From the NCBI RefSeq assembly GCF_039941015.1, contig NZ_JBDVFI010000041.1: 64,000 nucleotides of DNA; one strand, given 5' to 3'. This DNA is from Sedimentitalea sp. (GTDB lineage: Bacteria; Pseudomonadota; Alphaproteobacteria; Rhodobacterales; Rhodobacteraceae). Position numbers and translations under genes: made by a program. Below, in pieces: positions 1 through 10,517 of the stretch. The notes beneath the pieces are model-generated. The model made no database searches, was not told where the DNA came from, and saw only the letters and a program-made list of their open reading frames with translations. Numbering within the stretch: the first letter of the stretch is position 1; every line of letters starts with the position of its first letter.

Positions 1-720
1 GGATGTCAGCGTGATGTCCGGCGTGGCGAAACGGATTTTCGTTTCGCTGACCGAGACGGCAATCGCCATATCGTCATCATCCAGAAGTTTGCGCAGTTCG
101 CCAACGGTTTTGCGCGGTACAATCACACCCGGCATATCAGACGCTCCGTCGGGCAGGTCTGCATCAATACGGGCCAGCCGGTGACCATCGGTTGCAACGC
201 AACGCAGCACCTTGCCGCCATCCGCATCGGCGACGTGCATGTAAACCCCGTTCAGATAATACCGGGTTTCCTCGGTCGAGATCGCAAACTTGGATTTATC
301 GAACAACCGGCGCAGTACACCTGCAGGTGCGGAAAAATTGGACTCATAGTCAGAGGACGCCATCACCGGGAAATCTTCCCGCGGCAAGGTCGCGAGCGAA
401 AAGTTCGAGCGCCCGGCTTCGACCGTCAACCGGCCTGCGGCTGCATCTGCCGTGAGCGAAACAAGCGCGCCATCGGGCAGTTTGCGAACAATTTCGTGCA
501 AGGTCGTGGCGGCTACGGTGGTCGCACCCGCACGCTCAACCTGTGCCGGAGCCTTGTCGACCACCTCGATATCCAGATCGGTGGCACGGAACAGAACTTG
601 ATCACCTTCGGCTTCGATCAGCACATTCGCGAGGATCGGGATCGTGTTGCGGCGTTCCACGACCGACTGGGCCTGAGACACGGCCTTGAGCAGCGTGCCG
701 CGTTCGATGCTGAATTTCAT
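1..720 (-). CDS. dnaN: DNA polymerase III beta sliding clamp (3' end lies beyond window start)
   Basis: Minus-strand frame is open from the window edge to ATG at 718-720. It is absent from the ORF track because it runs off the edge. Translation MKFSIERGTLLKAVSQAQSVVERRNTIPILANVLIEAEGDQVLFRATDLDIEV... is a beta-clamp N-terminus. It lies directly downstream of dnaA. The + ORF 181-741 is its antisense shadow. Confidence 0.9.
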   Translation of the reverse strand, partial: MKFSIERGTLLKAVSQAQSVVERRNTIPILANVLIEAEGDQVLFRATDLDIEVVDKAPAQVERAGATTVAATTLHEIVRKLPDGALVSLTADAAAGRLTVEAGRSNFSLATLPREDFPVMASSDYESNFSAPAGVLRRLFDKSKFAISTEETRYYLNGVYMHVADADGGKVLRCVATDGHRLARIDADLPDGASDMPGVIVPRKTVGELRKLLDDDDMAIAVSVSETKIRFATPDITLTS

Positions 721-875
721 GTCCTTCGATCCTCTGCATAGGCCGGGATGGGCAACCTAACGGTTTGCCCGGTCAGCACAAGTTTTTTGTGAATTTGTCC
801 GCTGGAATGATTCGGGCGTCAAGGGGCCAGACGCAGGCAGATCGCTTGTATTGCATCAGAGCAATGGTGCGAAAC

Positions 876-893
876 GGGGCGCACGCGCGCCCC
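876..893 (-). promoter_or_regulatory. GC-rich hairpin between dnaA and dnaN (possible attenuator or processing site)
   Basis: GGGGCGC-ACGC-GCGCCCC, a perfect 7-bp stem about 25 nt after the dnaA stop. Only GTTTCG follows on the minus strand, so it is weak as an intrinsic terminator. Confidence 0.25.
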
Positions 894-917
894 ATGTTGT
901 TTTTAGCTGGGTAAAGA

Positions 918-2291
918 TCAGGCTTCGAGCGCCCGGCGGAGGATTTCCACATCTTCCGCGATCTGGCCATCGATGCCCTTGAGTTCCTCGATCCGCTTCA
1001 CGCCATGCATCACGGTGGTATGGTCGCGCCCACCAAAACGACGACCGATCTCCGGCAGGCTACGACTGGTCAATTGCTTGGCCAGATACATCGCAACCTG
1101 GCGTGGCCTTGCATAGGATCGCAGCCGTTTGGGTCCGATGATGTCGCTGAGGCGGATGTTGTAATAGTCGGAAACCTTGCGCTGGATTTCCTCGACCGTG
1201 ATCTTGCGTTCCGAGGCGCGCAGTACATCTGCAAGACAATCCTGCGTCAGTTCCATGTCGATCTCACGCCCGACAAGAGATGCAAACGCAAAAAGCCGGG
1301 TCAGCGCGCCTTCCAGCACGCGAACATTTGTCGAAATTCGCTGTGCGAGGAATTCAAGCACCCCATTGGCAATTTCCAGACCGGGATAGGCATCGCGGTA
1401 CTGCTGGACCTTGGCCTGCAAAATTCCGAGCCGCAGTTCATAGTCCGTCGGGTGCAGATCGACCACAAGACCGCATTGCAGACGGGATTTCACCCGGTCT
1501 TCAAGATCCTTGATCTCGCCCGGTGCCCGGTCCGCAGAAATGATGATCTGCTTGTTCTGATCCACGAGGGCATTGAAGGTGTGAAAGAACTCCTCCTGCG
1601 TGCTGTCCTTGCCGGCGATGAACTGAACGTCATCCACCATCAGAACATCAACCGACCGGAATAGGAACTTGAAGTCCATCATCTTGCGCTCACGCAAGGC
1701 CTGAACAAAGCGGTACATGAATTGTTCGGCCGACAGGTAAAGAACGTTGAGTTCGGGTTTGCGCTTGCGCAATTCCCACGCAATCGCGTGCATGAGGTGG
1801 GTTTTGCCGAGCCCGACGCCACCATAAAGAACCAAGGGATTGAAAGTGACGGGACCGCCTTCGCTGACACGCCGGGCGGCAGCATGGGCCAGTTCATTCG
1901 GCTTGCCGACCACAAACGTGTCAAAGGTAAAGCGGGAGTCCAGCGGCGCGGCCTGAAGCGCATCGCCTGTCGAAGTCGTCGCTTCGCTCGTCGAGACATC
2001 AGCCTTGGGAGCTTCGGACACCAGCCGTGGCGACGGGTTGGCGGTACTGTTGGCCGAAACGCGGAATGTCACACGCTGAACATTTGCGCCTGCAATGTTC
2101 AGTTCATACAGAATGACATCAGCAAAATTCTGGCTGACATAGTTACCCATGAAATTGGTGGGAACGTTGAATATGGCGACGCCGTCTTGCAGCTGCTCGA
2201 ACTCAAGCGGTTCGATCCAGGTTGTATAGTTGTTCTGGCCCACCGTTTTGAGCAGCCCGATTTTGAGTTGTCCCCATTTTTCTTGTGTCAT
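918..2291 (-). CDS. dnaA: chromosomal replication initiator DnaA
   Basis: ORF 918-2303. ATG at 2291 (MTQEKWGQLK...) is preferred over the GTG at 2303. Walker A GGVGLGKTHL. C-terminal DnaA signature IGRRFGGRDHTTVMH. Confidence 0.95.
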   Translation of the reverse strand: MTQEKWGQLKIGLLKTVGQNNYTTWIEPLEFEQLQDGVAIFNVPTNFMGNYVSQNFADVILYELNIAGANVQRVTFRVSANSTANPSPRLVSEAPKADVSTSEATTSTGDALQAAPLDSRFTFDTFVVGKPNELAHAAARRVSEGGPVTFNPLVLYGGVGLGKTHLMHAIAWELRKRKPELNVLYLSAEQFMYRFVQALRERKMMDFKFLFRSVDVLMVDDVQFIAGKDSTQEEFFHTFNALVDQNKQIIISADRAPGEIKDLEDRVKSRLQCGLVVDLHPTDYELRLGILQAKVQQYRDAYPGLEIANGVLEFLAQRISTNVRVLEGALTRLFAFASLVGREIDMELTQDCLADVLRASERKITVEEIQRKVSDYYNIRLSDIIGPKRLRSYARPRQVAMYLAKQLTSRSLPEIGRRFGGRDHTTVMHGVKRIEELKGIDGQIAEDVEILRRALEA

Positions 2292-2785
2292 GCAGCGCCT
2301 CACGCATCCCGTGCTTATTGGCCTTTTGGCCTTTTTCCATTGTTTGACCGGAGCAGATTCCGGCTGGATCCACGCAACACGGGGTCATGCACCAGTCACA
2401 CAACTGGTGCCGCACGCGCCGGTCCCATCGGCGCTGCAGTTGTGGTAACAGGGTCAAGGTTCGCTATCCGTACAGAATACGTTGGCTGACAAAGCACTGT
2501 TACACAGACATGTTATGACAGGGCTGCGAAAATCGGGTTTTACCCTAACCTTCGTAGCAAGCAGAAGCGGTCGGTTTGGCAGCCGTACCACCCAGCATGA
2601 TATCCGTCACATGGCTAAAGCAGATCAGTCATGTTTTGGATACCGCCTGTCCCCCCAAGCAAGTGAATCGCTGGAACAGTGGTAGCAATTTCGGGTGCGG
2701 AGCGGCAATGAAACTCTGTTGTTGACTCACGATTCCGATGCAAAGAATCTCTGCGCCGTTTCAATTGTGCAGAAGAGACACAGCC

Positions 2786-2818
2786 AATAAAAAAAGGCGC
2801 TGCAGAGCAACGCCTTTG
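2786..2818 (-). terminator. rho-independent terminator of rpsT
   Basis: Minus strand reads AAAGGCG-ttgctctgcag-CGCCTTT followed by TTTTTTATT, about 35 nt after the rpsT stop. Confidence 0.8.
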
Positions 2819-2852
2819 TATTACTTAACTTTTGTCCTAAGTTGACGAAGCG

Positions 2853-3116
2853 TTAACTCAGAGCTTTGACCCGTGCGGCCAGGCGGGACATCTTGCGCGA
2901 TGCCGTGTTCTTGTGAAAGACGCCTTTAGACACGCCACGCATCAGTTCAGGCTGGGCTGCGCGCAGCGCTGTGCCTGCGGCTTCCTTGTCACCGGATTCG
3001 ATGGCTTCTTCTACATTGCGCAGGAAGGTGCGAATCCGCGAGCGGCGGGCTTTGTTGACGGCAAAACGTGCCTCGTTCTGACGGGCGCGTTTTTTGGATT
3101 GCGGCGAATTTGCCAT
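2853..3116 (-). CDS. rpsT: 30S ribosomal protein S20
   Basis: 87 aa, [30 protein letters not shown]..., basic S20-like sequence. The rpsT-dnaA arrangement is typical of Alphaproteobacteria. Confidence 0.93.
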   Translation of the reverse strand: MANSPQSKKRARQNEARFAVNKARRSRIRTFLRNVEEAIESGDKEAAGTALRAAQPELMRGVSKGVFHKNTASRKMSRLAARVKALS

Positions 3117-3298
3117 GGTGTTCAGACCTTTGTTCGGTTTCGGTTCATTTCAATTGCGCGATGCAAGTCCCCAACCGGATTCTGATCCACCAGTGTGATT
3201 CTAGCCTGAGCGGGCCGCACGCGCATGTATAGCAGAGGCTCCTACCCAGTTTCGGCGTCTTTGCCAACCGGTAATGTACCAAGCTGCCACTGTGAGGC

Positions 3299-4075
3299 TT
3301 ACTTATCGCGGAACTGCGCCTGCCGCTTTTCGAGGAAGGCGGCCATGCCCTCTTTCTGATCTTCGGTTGCGAACATCGAATGGAACACGCGACGTTCGAA
3401 CAACAGACCTTCCGAAAGGGTCGTCTCATAGCTGCGGTTAACCGATTCCTTGGCGGCGAGAACTGAAATCCTCGATTTTTCCGTGATCTTCTCCGCCACG
3501 CTGGTGGCTTCTTCCATCAGCTTTTTGGCCGGAACGACACGGCTGACAAGCCCGCTGCGCTCGGCTTCTTCAGCGTTCATGAAGCGACCGGTCAGGTTCA
3601 TGTCCATGGATTTGGATTTGCCCACGAAACGGGTCAGACGCTGGGTGCCGCCCAATCCGGCGATGACACCAAGGTTGATTTCGGGCTGACCAAATTTGGC
3701 CGTATCAGCAGCGATGATAAAGTCACACGCCATCGCCAATTCGCACCCGCCGCCCAAAGCGTAACCTGCCACGGCTGCAATGATCGGCTTTCGGATCTTG
3801 GAGATGCGATCGTTGGCATCGGCAAACAGGTTGATGGTGAACACGTCACCAAAGCCCATCTCAGACATTTCCTTGATGTCCGCACCCGCCGCGAACGCCT
3901 TGTCGGAACCGGTGACGATGATGCAACGCACCTTTTCGTTGGCATCCGCGTCTTCCAGCGCCTGGCACAGCTCTTTCAGCAACTGCGTGTTCAGAGCGTT
4001 CAGTGCATCCGGCCGGTTTAACCGGATCAGAGCAATGTGATCATCAACATCGACGTTGATCGTCTCAAAGGCCAT
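3299..4075 (-). CDS. enoyl-CoA hydratase (crotonase family)
   Basis: 258 aa, [29 protein letters not shown]...[15 protein letters not shown]...[11 protein letters not shown], classic crotonase motifs. Confidence 0.9.
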   Translation of the reverse strand: MAFETINVDVDDHIALIRLNRPDALNALNTQLLKELCQALEDADANEKVRCIIVTGSDKAFAAGADIKEMSEMGFGDVFTINLFADANDRISKIRKPIIAAVAGYALGGGCELAMACDFIIAADTAKFGQPEINLGVIAGLGGTQRLTRFVGKSKSMDMNLTGRFMNAEEAERSGLVSRVVPAKKLMEEATSVAEKITEKSRISVLAAKESVNRSYETTLSEGLLFERRVFHSMFATEDQKEGMAAFLEKRQAQFRDK

Positions 4076-4139
4076 GGATTTCGCTTTCGGTTGTTCCGGT
4101 CAGATTCGAAGCCTTACCACGCAGATTTCACGTTTCAAG

Positions 4140-4991
4140 CTATCTTTGGCATTGCGCACAGTAGAAGGACGACCGTCCAGATTGCGTGATTCGCCTGATC
4201 TGCCCGTTGCAATCGACTGTGCGGCAAGGCTCTCCCTCGCGACCATACACGTCAAATGAATGCTGAAAATATCCAAGCTCGCCATCGGCTTGCCTGAAAT
4301 CCCGCAACGACGATCCGCCCGCGTCAATGGCCTCTGAAAGCACCTGACGGATGATCGGAACCAATGCGCCGACACGCGCGGCGGCAATCTTGCCTGCCTT
4401 GCGACGTGGCGACAACGCGGCGCGAAACAGCGCCTCGCAAACATAAATATTGCCAAGCCCCGCGACCACCTTCTGATCCAGCAAGACCGATTTGACCGGA
4501 CTCTGCCGGCCACGAAACGCATCTATCAATATCTGTTCGTGGAAATCATTGCCCAGCGGCTCTGGCCCCAGCACCGCCAGCAATTTGTGCTGCTCGGCTG
4601 TTTGAGTATCCAGCAGATCCATCGCTCCAAACCGGCGCGCGTCGTTAAAGGTGACCCGTGCACCGTTATCCATTTGCAGCACGACATGGTCATGTTTCTG
4701 TGCCGCCGGATGGTCGCGCACGAATCGACCCAACGGGTCGCCAGACACGGTCATGCGCCCCGACATCCCAAGATGGATCAACAATGTCTCACCGCTATCA
4801 AGATCGGCGAGGATATATTTGGATCGCCGGCGCAACCGCAACACCCTGCGTCCGGTCAGGCGCTCGGCCAACCGGGCTGGAAACGGCCAGCGCAAATCAG
4901 GGCGGTTCACCTCCGCGCGCGCGATGACCTGCCCCTCCATCGCGGGCAAAAGCCCGCGACGCACTGTCTCGACCTCTGGCAATTCGGGCAT
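4140..4991 (-). CDS. mutM: formamidopyrimidine-DNA glycosylase
   Basis: 283 aa. N-terminal [15 protein letters not shown]-terminal zinc finger CxxC...CxxC (CRTVDCNG...YCAQCQ). Confidence 0.93.
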   Translation of the reverse strand: MPELPEVETVRRGLLPAMEGQVIARAEVNRPDLRWPFPARLAERLTGRRVLRLRRRSKYILADLDSGETLLIHLGMSGRMTVSGDPLGRFVRDHPAAQKHDHVVLQMDNGARVTFNDARRFGAMDLLDTQTAEQHKLLAVLGPEPLGNDFHEQILIDAFRGRQSPVKSVLLDQKVVAGLGNIYVCEALFRAALSPRRKAGKIAAARVGALVPIIRQVLSEAIDAGGSSLRDFRQADGELGYFQHSFDVYGREGEPCRTVDCNGQIRRITQSGRSSFYCAQCQR

Positions 4992-5077
4992 TTGGTGCCT
5001 TTCTGATCAAGGGGCCGCATTGTGCATGCCCCACAGCGCCCTATAACAAGGGCGAAACACTGAGGCGGCAAGACCCG

Positions 5078-5830
5078 ATGACAGACAACACCGACAAAAC
5101 CACCCATTTTGGGCGCGAGACCATCCCCGAGGGCGAAAAGGCCGGCCGGGTACAGGGCGTGTTCAACTCGGTGGCTTCTAAATACGACATCATGAACGAT
5201 GTCATGAGCGTTGGCATCCACCGGGTTTGGAAAGACGCGATGATGGATTGGCTTGCGCCGCGTCCCGGCCAGCGCCTGCTCGACGTGGCGGGCGGTACCG
5301 GCGACATATCGTTCCGCTTTCTCAAACGCGCAGGCCAAGGACATGCGACCGTTCTGGACCTGACCGAACCCATGCTTGTCGAAGGCCGCAAGCGCGCCGA
5401 AGCCGCAGATATGGCCGACAGTCTGAACTGGGTTGCCGGGGATGCGATGTCGCTGCCGTTTCCAGACAACAGCTTTGATGTCTATACGATCAGCTTTGGC
5501 ATCAGAAACGTGACCGTCCCCCAGCAAGCCCTGAACGAAGCCTTTCGCGTGCTGCGCCTAGGTGGCCGCCTGATGGTGCTGGAGTTCAGCCAACTCCCCA
5601 ACGAGGGGCTGCAAAAACTCTATGATCTCTATAGCTTCAACGTCATTCCCCGCATGGGCCAGATGATCGCTGGAGATCGAGACAGCTATCAGTATCTGGT
5701 CGAATCAATCCGAAATTTCCCCGATCAAGACACATTCTTGGCCATGGTGCGTCAGGCCGGGTTTGAAAACTCAAAGTACCGCAACCTAAGCATGGGCATT
5801 GCCGCCCTGCATTCGGGCTGGAAAATCTGA
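5078..5830 (+). CDS. ubiE: demethylmenaquinone/ubiquinone C-methyltransferase UbiE
   Basis: 250 aa, ...[25 protein letters not shown]..., SAM motif [10 protein letters not shown]. Followed directly by ubiB. Confidence 0.92.
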   Translation: MTDNTDKTTHFGRETIPEGEKAGRVQGVFNSVASKYDIMNDVMSVGIHRVWKDAMMDWLAPRPGQRLLDVAGGTGDISFRFLKRAGQGHATVLDLTEPMLVEGRKRAEAADMADSLNWVAGDAMSLPFPDNSFDVYTISFGIRNVTVPQQALNEAFRVLRLGGRLMVLEFSQLPNEGLQKLYDLYSFNVIPRMGQMIAGDRDSYQYLVESIRNFPDQDTFLAMVRQAGFENSKYRNLSMGIAALHSGWKI

Positions 5831-5831
5831 C

Positions 5832-7364
5832 ATGCGCGGACCGCACAATATCATCCGGCTGATCCGCACAGGCGCCACGCTGGAACGCACCGGCGCCATG
5901 AATGTCGTTCTCGATGCGTTCGAGGCCCCTAGGGCGCTGCGATTTGTTGCCCACGCGCTTGGCAAACCCTTCATGTGGCTCGGCTACAAGGGCGACCCCG
6001 CCATGCCACCCGCCACACGGGCGCTGACCGCACTTGGTCCCGCCTACATCAAGTTCGGTCAGGTCCTGTCGACCCGGCCCGACGTCGTGGGTGATGAACT
6101 TGCCGTTCAATTGCGCGTCCTGCAGGACAAGCTCCCTCCGTTTTCGATCGAGGCCGCCAAGGCCGAGGTCGAACGCGAATTGGGTCACCCGGTTTCCGAG
6201 GTGTTTTCCGAGTTCAGCGAACCGATCGCCGCAGCCTCGATTGCGCAGGTGCACAAGGCCAAGCTGATCGACACCGGCGAAGATGTCGCCGTCAAGGTTC
6301 TTCGCCCCGGCATTGAACGCGCCTTCCGCAAGGACATCGACGCGTTTTACTTTGCGGCCCGCATCGTCGATCTGTTCGCCCCCGGCGCACGTCGTTTGCG
6401 CCCGATGGAGGTGATCGAACACTTTGACGGCGTCGTACGGGGCGAACTTGATCTGCGACTGGAAAGCTCTGCGGCATCAGAATTCGAGGCCAACACCCGC
6501 GATGACGAAGGTTTTTGCCTGCCGCCGATCCGCTGGGCCCTTTCGGCAAGACGCGTGATGACGCTGGGATGGGCCGACGGCGCGCCGTTGGGCGACAATG
6601 CCGCACTTGATGCCGCCGGACATAACCGTGGCGAACTCGCCGAGCGGGTGTTGCGCTTGTTCCTGCTGCACGCCCTGCGCGACGGCTATTTTCATGCCGA
6701 TATGCATCAGGGGAACCTCAAGGTCGCACCGAACGGAGACATCATCGCCTATGATTTTGGCATCATGGGCCACATCGATGAATACACCCGTCGAGTTTAT
6801 GCCGAAATCCTCTTTGGCTTCATCCGCCGTGACTACAAACGGGTCGCCGAGGTGCATTTCGAGGCCGGATATGTGCCCGCGGATAAGGACGTCGATGAAT
6901 TCGCGCGTGCCCTGCGCGCTGTCGGCGAGCCGATTTTCGGAATGGACGCGACGCAAATTTCCATGGGCCGGCTTCTCAGCTACCTGTTCGAAGTGACAGA
7001 ACGCTTCGGGATGGAAACCCGCACCGAACTGATCCTGCTGCAACGCACAATGGTGGTGGTTGAAGGCGTCGCACGATCACTGAATCCCCACACCAATATC
7101 TGGGAGGTCGCGCGCCCGGTCGTCGAAGACTATATCAAGCAGTCCATAGGGCCACGCGCGGTGGTTTCCGACCTTGGCAAAACAGCGCGCGTTCTCGCCC
7201 GCTTTGGACCACGGCTCCCCGGACTGGTAGAAGCAGCGCTTGTTCGCCAGGCCGCAGACCAGGAGCCGGCTCGGAAATCCATCTGGCCGCTCGTGCTCAC
7301 TGCGAGTGTGGTCGGCTTTATCGTCGGAGGCGGATTTATGCTGCTGCTGGACGCCCTGACCTGA
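5832..7364 (+). CDS. ubiB: ubiquinone biosynthesis regulatory kinase-like protein UbiB (ABC1 family)
   Basis: ORF 5799-7364. ATG at 5832 (MRGPHNIIRLIR...) sits 1 nt after the ubiE TGA. Motif AAASIAQVHKA. C-terminal TM segment. Confidence 0.9.
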   Translation: MRGPHNIIRLIRTGATLERTGAMNVVLDAFEAPRALRFVAHALGKPFMWLGYKGDPAMPPATRALTALGPAYIKFGQVLSTRPDVVGDELAVQLRVLQDKLPPFSIEAAKAEVERELGHPVSEVFSEFSEPIAAASIAQVHKAKLIDTGEDVAVKVLRPGIERAFRKDIDAFYFAARIVDLFAPGARRLRPMEVIEHFDGVVRGELDLRLESSAASEFEANTRDDEGFCLPPIRWALSARRVMTLGWADGAPLGDNAALDAAGHNRGELAERVLRLFLLHALRDGYFHADMHQGNLKVAPNGDIIAYDFGIMGHIDEYTRRVYAEILFGFIRRDYKRVAEVHFEAGYVPADKDVDEFARALRAVGEPIFGMDATQISMGRLLSYLFEVTERFGMETRTELILLQRTMVVVEGVARSLNPHTNIWEVARPVVEDYIKQSIGPRAVVSDLGKTARVLARFGPRLPGLVEAALVRQAADQEPARKSIWPLVLTASVVGFIVGGGFMLLLDALT

Positions 7365-7405
7365 TCCGACCAGAATTTTTCTTGCGGAAAATACCCTCGG
7401 GGGGT

Positions 7406-7428
7406 CTGGGGGGCAGACAGCCCCCCAG
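7406..7428. terminator. GC hairpin between convergent ubiB and thiolase genes
   Basis: CTGGGGGGC-AGACA-GCCCCCCAG, a perfect 9-bp stem. No clear U-tract on either strand. Confidence 0.4.
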
Positions 7429-7439
7429 CCTTGACTGGC

Positions 7440-8615
7440 TTACAACCGTTCAATCGCCAGCGCGATACCCTGACCGCCACCTATGCACATGGTGATCAGA
7501 CCCTTTGAGCCGCCAATCCGCTCAAGTTCGTAGAGCGTCTTGATAGTGATGATTGCACCAGTCGCGCCGACTGGATGACCCAGTGCGATCGCGCCGCCGT
7601 TGGGGTTCACCTTCGATGCATCCAGCCCAAGCTCCTGATTCACGGCCAACGCCTGTGCCGCAAAGGCTTCGTTGCTTTCGATGACATCGAAATCTTCCAC
7701 ACGCAATCCGGTGCGTTTCAACAGATTTTGCACCGCCGGGATCGGACCGATCCCCATGACTTCGGGGCGAACGCCCGCGTGGGCATATCCAAGGACGCGC
7801 GCCTTTGGTTTAAGACCCGCCTTCTCGGCCGCATCGGCGGTCGCCAGCACAACTGCCCCAGCACCATCGTTGATCCCGCTTGCGTTACCTGCCGTAACAC
7901 TGCCGTCCTTCTTGAACACGGTGCGCAATCCGGCGAGCGCTTCAATGGTCGTTGGTTTGGGATGTTCGTCGACCTTGAAATCGACCATATCGCGGCGAAC
8001 CTTGACCTGAACCGGGGCGATCTGGCTCTCGTACAGGCCGTCTTCAATCGCTTTCGCGGCGCGCTGCTGGCTGACCAGCGCAAATTCATCCTGTGCCTCG
8101 CGGCTGATCTGATGTTCGGAGGCGACGTTCTCGGCGGTGACTCCCATATGCCCCGTGCCAAACGGACAGTTCAGTGCACCCAGCATCATGTCCAGCGTCA
8201 TGACATCGCCCATCTTGGCGCCCCAACGTTGTTGAGGCACGATGAACGGGCTGCGCGACATGCTCTCGGCACCACCGGCCAGCGCGAATTCCGCGTCACC
8301 CAGCATCAGAGATTGCACAGCAGACACGATCGCCTGGGCACCCGATCCGCAGAGGCGGTTGACGTTCATCGCCGGTGTTCCTTCGGGCACACCCGCCTGC
8401 ATCGCGGCCACGCGCGACAGATACATGTCGCGAGGTTCGGTATTGATCACGTGGCCAAAAACGACATTTCCGATCTGGGCGGCTTCAACACCGGCTCTCT
8501 CAAGCGCCGCCTCGCTGGCGACAGTGGCCAGATCGATTGGCGCGGTGCTGGCAAGTGCGCCGCCAAAAGTCCCGATTGCGGTACGTGCACCGTCCAGAAT
8601 TACAATATCAGTCAT
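7440..8615 (-). CDS. acetyl-CoA C-acetyltransferase (thiolase II)
   Basis: ORF track extends to 8993. ATG at 8615 (MTDIVILDGARTAIGTFGG) has the SD GGAGAAGGA upstream and gives 391 aa. Active-site NRLCGSG. C-terminal CIGGGQG. Confidence 0.93.
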   Translation of the reverse strand: MTDIVILDGARTAIGTFGGALASTAPIDLATVASEAALERAGVEAAQIGNVVFGHVINTEPRDMYLSRVAAMQAGVPEGTPAMNVNRLCGSGAQAIVSAVQSLMLGDAEFALAGGAESMSRSPFIVPQQRWGAKMGDVMTLDMMLGALNCPFGTGHMGVTAENVASEHQISREAQDEFALVSQQRAAKAIEDGLYESQIAPVQVKVRRDMVDFKVDEHPKPTTIEALAGLRTVFKKDGSVTAGNASGINDGAGAVVLATADAAEKAGLKPKARVLGYAHAGVRPEVMGIGPIPAVQNLLKRTGLRVEDFDVIESNEAFAAQALAVNQELGLDASKVNPNGGAIALGHPVGATGAIITIKTLYELERIGGSKGLITMCIGGGQGIALAIERL

Positions 8616-8814
8616 GTCAGTTCCTTCTCCTTTGGCCTCTATCCCATTCGCGATGCAGCGATAACCCACTGCGTAAACACGAATCCCAGGGTGACAATCG
8701 TATACAGTCGTACACCGATCCCTGACCGCTGCAATGCGGCATAGCGCAGCCATCAATGCCAAATGAGATCGAACCGTATTGACAAGCCTCGCCCGAACAC
8801 TGAATGAATCCGTC

Positions 8815-9381
8815 ATGGCGGAAAACGTGGACGATATCCTGACATTGCTGCCCGCGCGACTGAAAGAGGCGCGGCGGGAGCAAGGCTTGTCACTAGAAGC
8901 AGTGTCGAACCTGTCGGGCGTTTCCCGCTCGATGGTCAGCCAGATCGAACGCGGGGAAAGCAGCCCGACAATCGCGACACTCTGGAATCTCACCCGCGCC
9001 CTGCAAGTGGATTTCGCCGGGTTGTTGGATGCCGAGGCCGCGAACGATCAGATTGATCTGCTGCGTGCCAGCGACGTGCCTAGCATCGACAACATGGGGC
9101 AAGGATGTCGCATCCGGATCCTGTCACCCCCCGAAGAGGCCGGCGGGCACGAAGTCTACGACATCACGTTCATGTCCGGTGGTGCGTTACGTAGCCAACC
9201 GCACGCGCGAGGAGCGCGCGAACAGCTGACAGTGCTGGAGGGTTCGGTCCGCGTCACTTCGGGCGCGGCGTCGAACGTACTGAATACGGGCGATACCGGG
9301 CGTTATGCTGCGGATATCGATCATGCGATCGTCGCCGAAGACGGTGCGGCACGGGTGTTTCTTATCGTCAAAAACGCCTGA
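8815..9381 (+). CDS. XRE-family HTH regulator with C-terminal cupin domain
   Basis: MAENVDDILTLLPARLKEARREQGLSLEAVSNLSGVSRSMVSQIERGESSPTIATL (HTH_3), then a cupin-like C-terminus. Divergent from the thiolase gene. The start could be 8779. Confidence 0.8.
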   Translation: MAENVDDILTLLPARLKEARREQGLSLEAVSNLSGVSRSMVSQIERGESSPTIATLWNLTRALQVDFAGLLDAEAANDQIDLLRASDVPSIDNMGQGCRIRILSPPEEAGGHEVYDITFMSGGALRSQPHARGAREQLTVLEGSVRVTSGAASNVLNTGDTGRYAADIDHAIVAEDGAARVFLIVKNA

Positions 9382-9398
9382 ACCGATCGACAAACGGA

Positions 9399-10517
9399 TC
9401 AACTCGGGTTGTCTTCGCCCAGTTTCGGCGCAGGGCGGTGCAGGGCAAGGTCAGCATCCGAAAATCGGAACGGCGCACGAATGCCTGGCACGCCGTCGAG
9501 TTCGATCTGCATACCGCGCGCGATGATCTGCGGATCGGCCATGACATCTGCCAGATCGTTGATCGGACCGGCCGGGATTCCCTGCGCCTCGCAACCCGCC
9601 AGCAGATCGGCCTTGCTCCAGCCCGCAGTTGCACCATTCAAACGGGCAATCATCACCCGGCGATTGGCCAAACGGTTCTTGTTGCGCAAGAATTCTGGTG
9701 CCTCGGCCATATCTTCCAACCCAAGCAGGCGACACAGGCGCTGATATTGCGCATCATTGCCGGTGGCGATGATGATGTGCCCGTCCGCACAGTCAAAGGC
9801 CTGATACGGCGTCAGATTCACATGGCCATTGCCCATCCGCTGTGGCGCGTCGCCGGTCGTCAGATAGTTCAAAGCCTGATTGGCCGTGACCGAAACCGCC
9901 ACATCCAGCAACGCCATATCAATGTGCTGGCCCCGCCCGGTGCTCTGCCGCTGATGCAATGCCGCGAGAATACCTGTGACCGAATAGACGCCGGTAAAGA
10001 TATCAGTAATCGCAACACCGGATTTCTGTGGCTGTCCATCCGGTTCGCCGGTGATCGACATCAGGCCGGACATGCCCTGAATGATGAAATCATACCCAGC
10101 ACGATGGGCATAGGGTCCGGTCTGGCCAAAGCCGGTCACCGAGCAATAGATCAGACGTGGGTTGATCGCGGACAGGCTGTCATAGTCCAGCCCGTATTTG
10201 GCCAGCCCGCCAACCTTGAAGTTCTCGATAAACACATCCGCATCGCGGATCATGTCACGCAGTTGTGCCTGACCGGCAGGTGTGGAGAAATCAACCGTTA
10301 TCGACGCCTTGCCTCGATTGGTCGAATGAAAATAGGCGGCGCTTTCGTCGTCATCGCGCGTGATAAAGGGCGGACCCCAAGCGCGGGTATCGTCACCATT
10401 GGGCGATTCCACCTTGATGACCTCGGCCCCGAGGTCCGAGAGCGTCTGACCGGCCCAGGGGCCGGCCAATATGCGGGCCAGTTCAACGACCTTTAAACCG
10501 GCCAGCGGTGCAGCCAT
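9399..10517 (-). CDS. CoA-transferase family III (CaiB/BaiF-type)
   Basis: 372 aa, MAAPLAGLKVVELARILAGPWAGQTLSDLGAEVIKVESP...GDDTR, the typical family III N-terminus. Confidence 0.88.
   Translation of the reverse strand: MAAPLAGLKVVELARILAGPWAGQTLSDLGAEVIKVESPNGDDTRAWGPPFITRDDDESAAYFHSTNRGKASITVDFSTPAGQAQLRDMIRDADVFIENFKVGGLAKYGLDYDSLSAINPRLIYCSVTGFGQTGPYAHRAGYDFIIQGMSGLMSITGEPDGQPQKSGVAITDIFTGVYSVTGILAALHQRQSTGRGQHIDMALLDVAVSVTANQALNYLTTGDAPQRMGNGHVNLTPYQAFDCADGHIIIATGNDAQYQRLCRLLGLEDMAEAPEFLRNKNRLANRRVMIARLNGATAGWSKADLLAGCEAQGIPAGPINDLADVMADPQIIARGMQIELDGVPGIRAPFRFSDADLALHRPAPKLGEDNPS

Noticed and set aside
181-741. 186-aa plus-strand ORF at the start of the window
   Set aside because: It is the antisense shadow of dnaN. 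The minus strand translates into an unmistakable beta-clamp N-terminus, while the plus ORF is Arg/Gly-rich with no motif.
2304-2852. dnaA upstream spacer as the replication origin (oriC)
   Set aside because: I found only degenerate DnaA-box-like 9-mers (2-3 mismatches to TTATCCACA) and no AT-rich unwinding element. Alphaproteobacterial origins are often not adjacent to dnaA. I kept only the GANTC observation.
7440-8993. 5' extensions of ORF-track entries (thiolase to 8993, ald from 37706, cca to 48632, FYDLN protein from 40625, msrA from 57975, L,D-transpeptidase from 59328, acyl-CoA synthetase to 33608, and others)
   Set aside because: The ORF finder extends to the farthest ATG/GTG/TTG. Internal ATGs with SD sequences give canonical N-termini and lengths, and the extensions overlap neighbouring genes or spacers.
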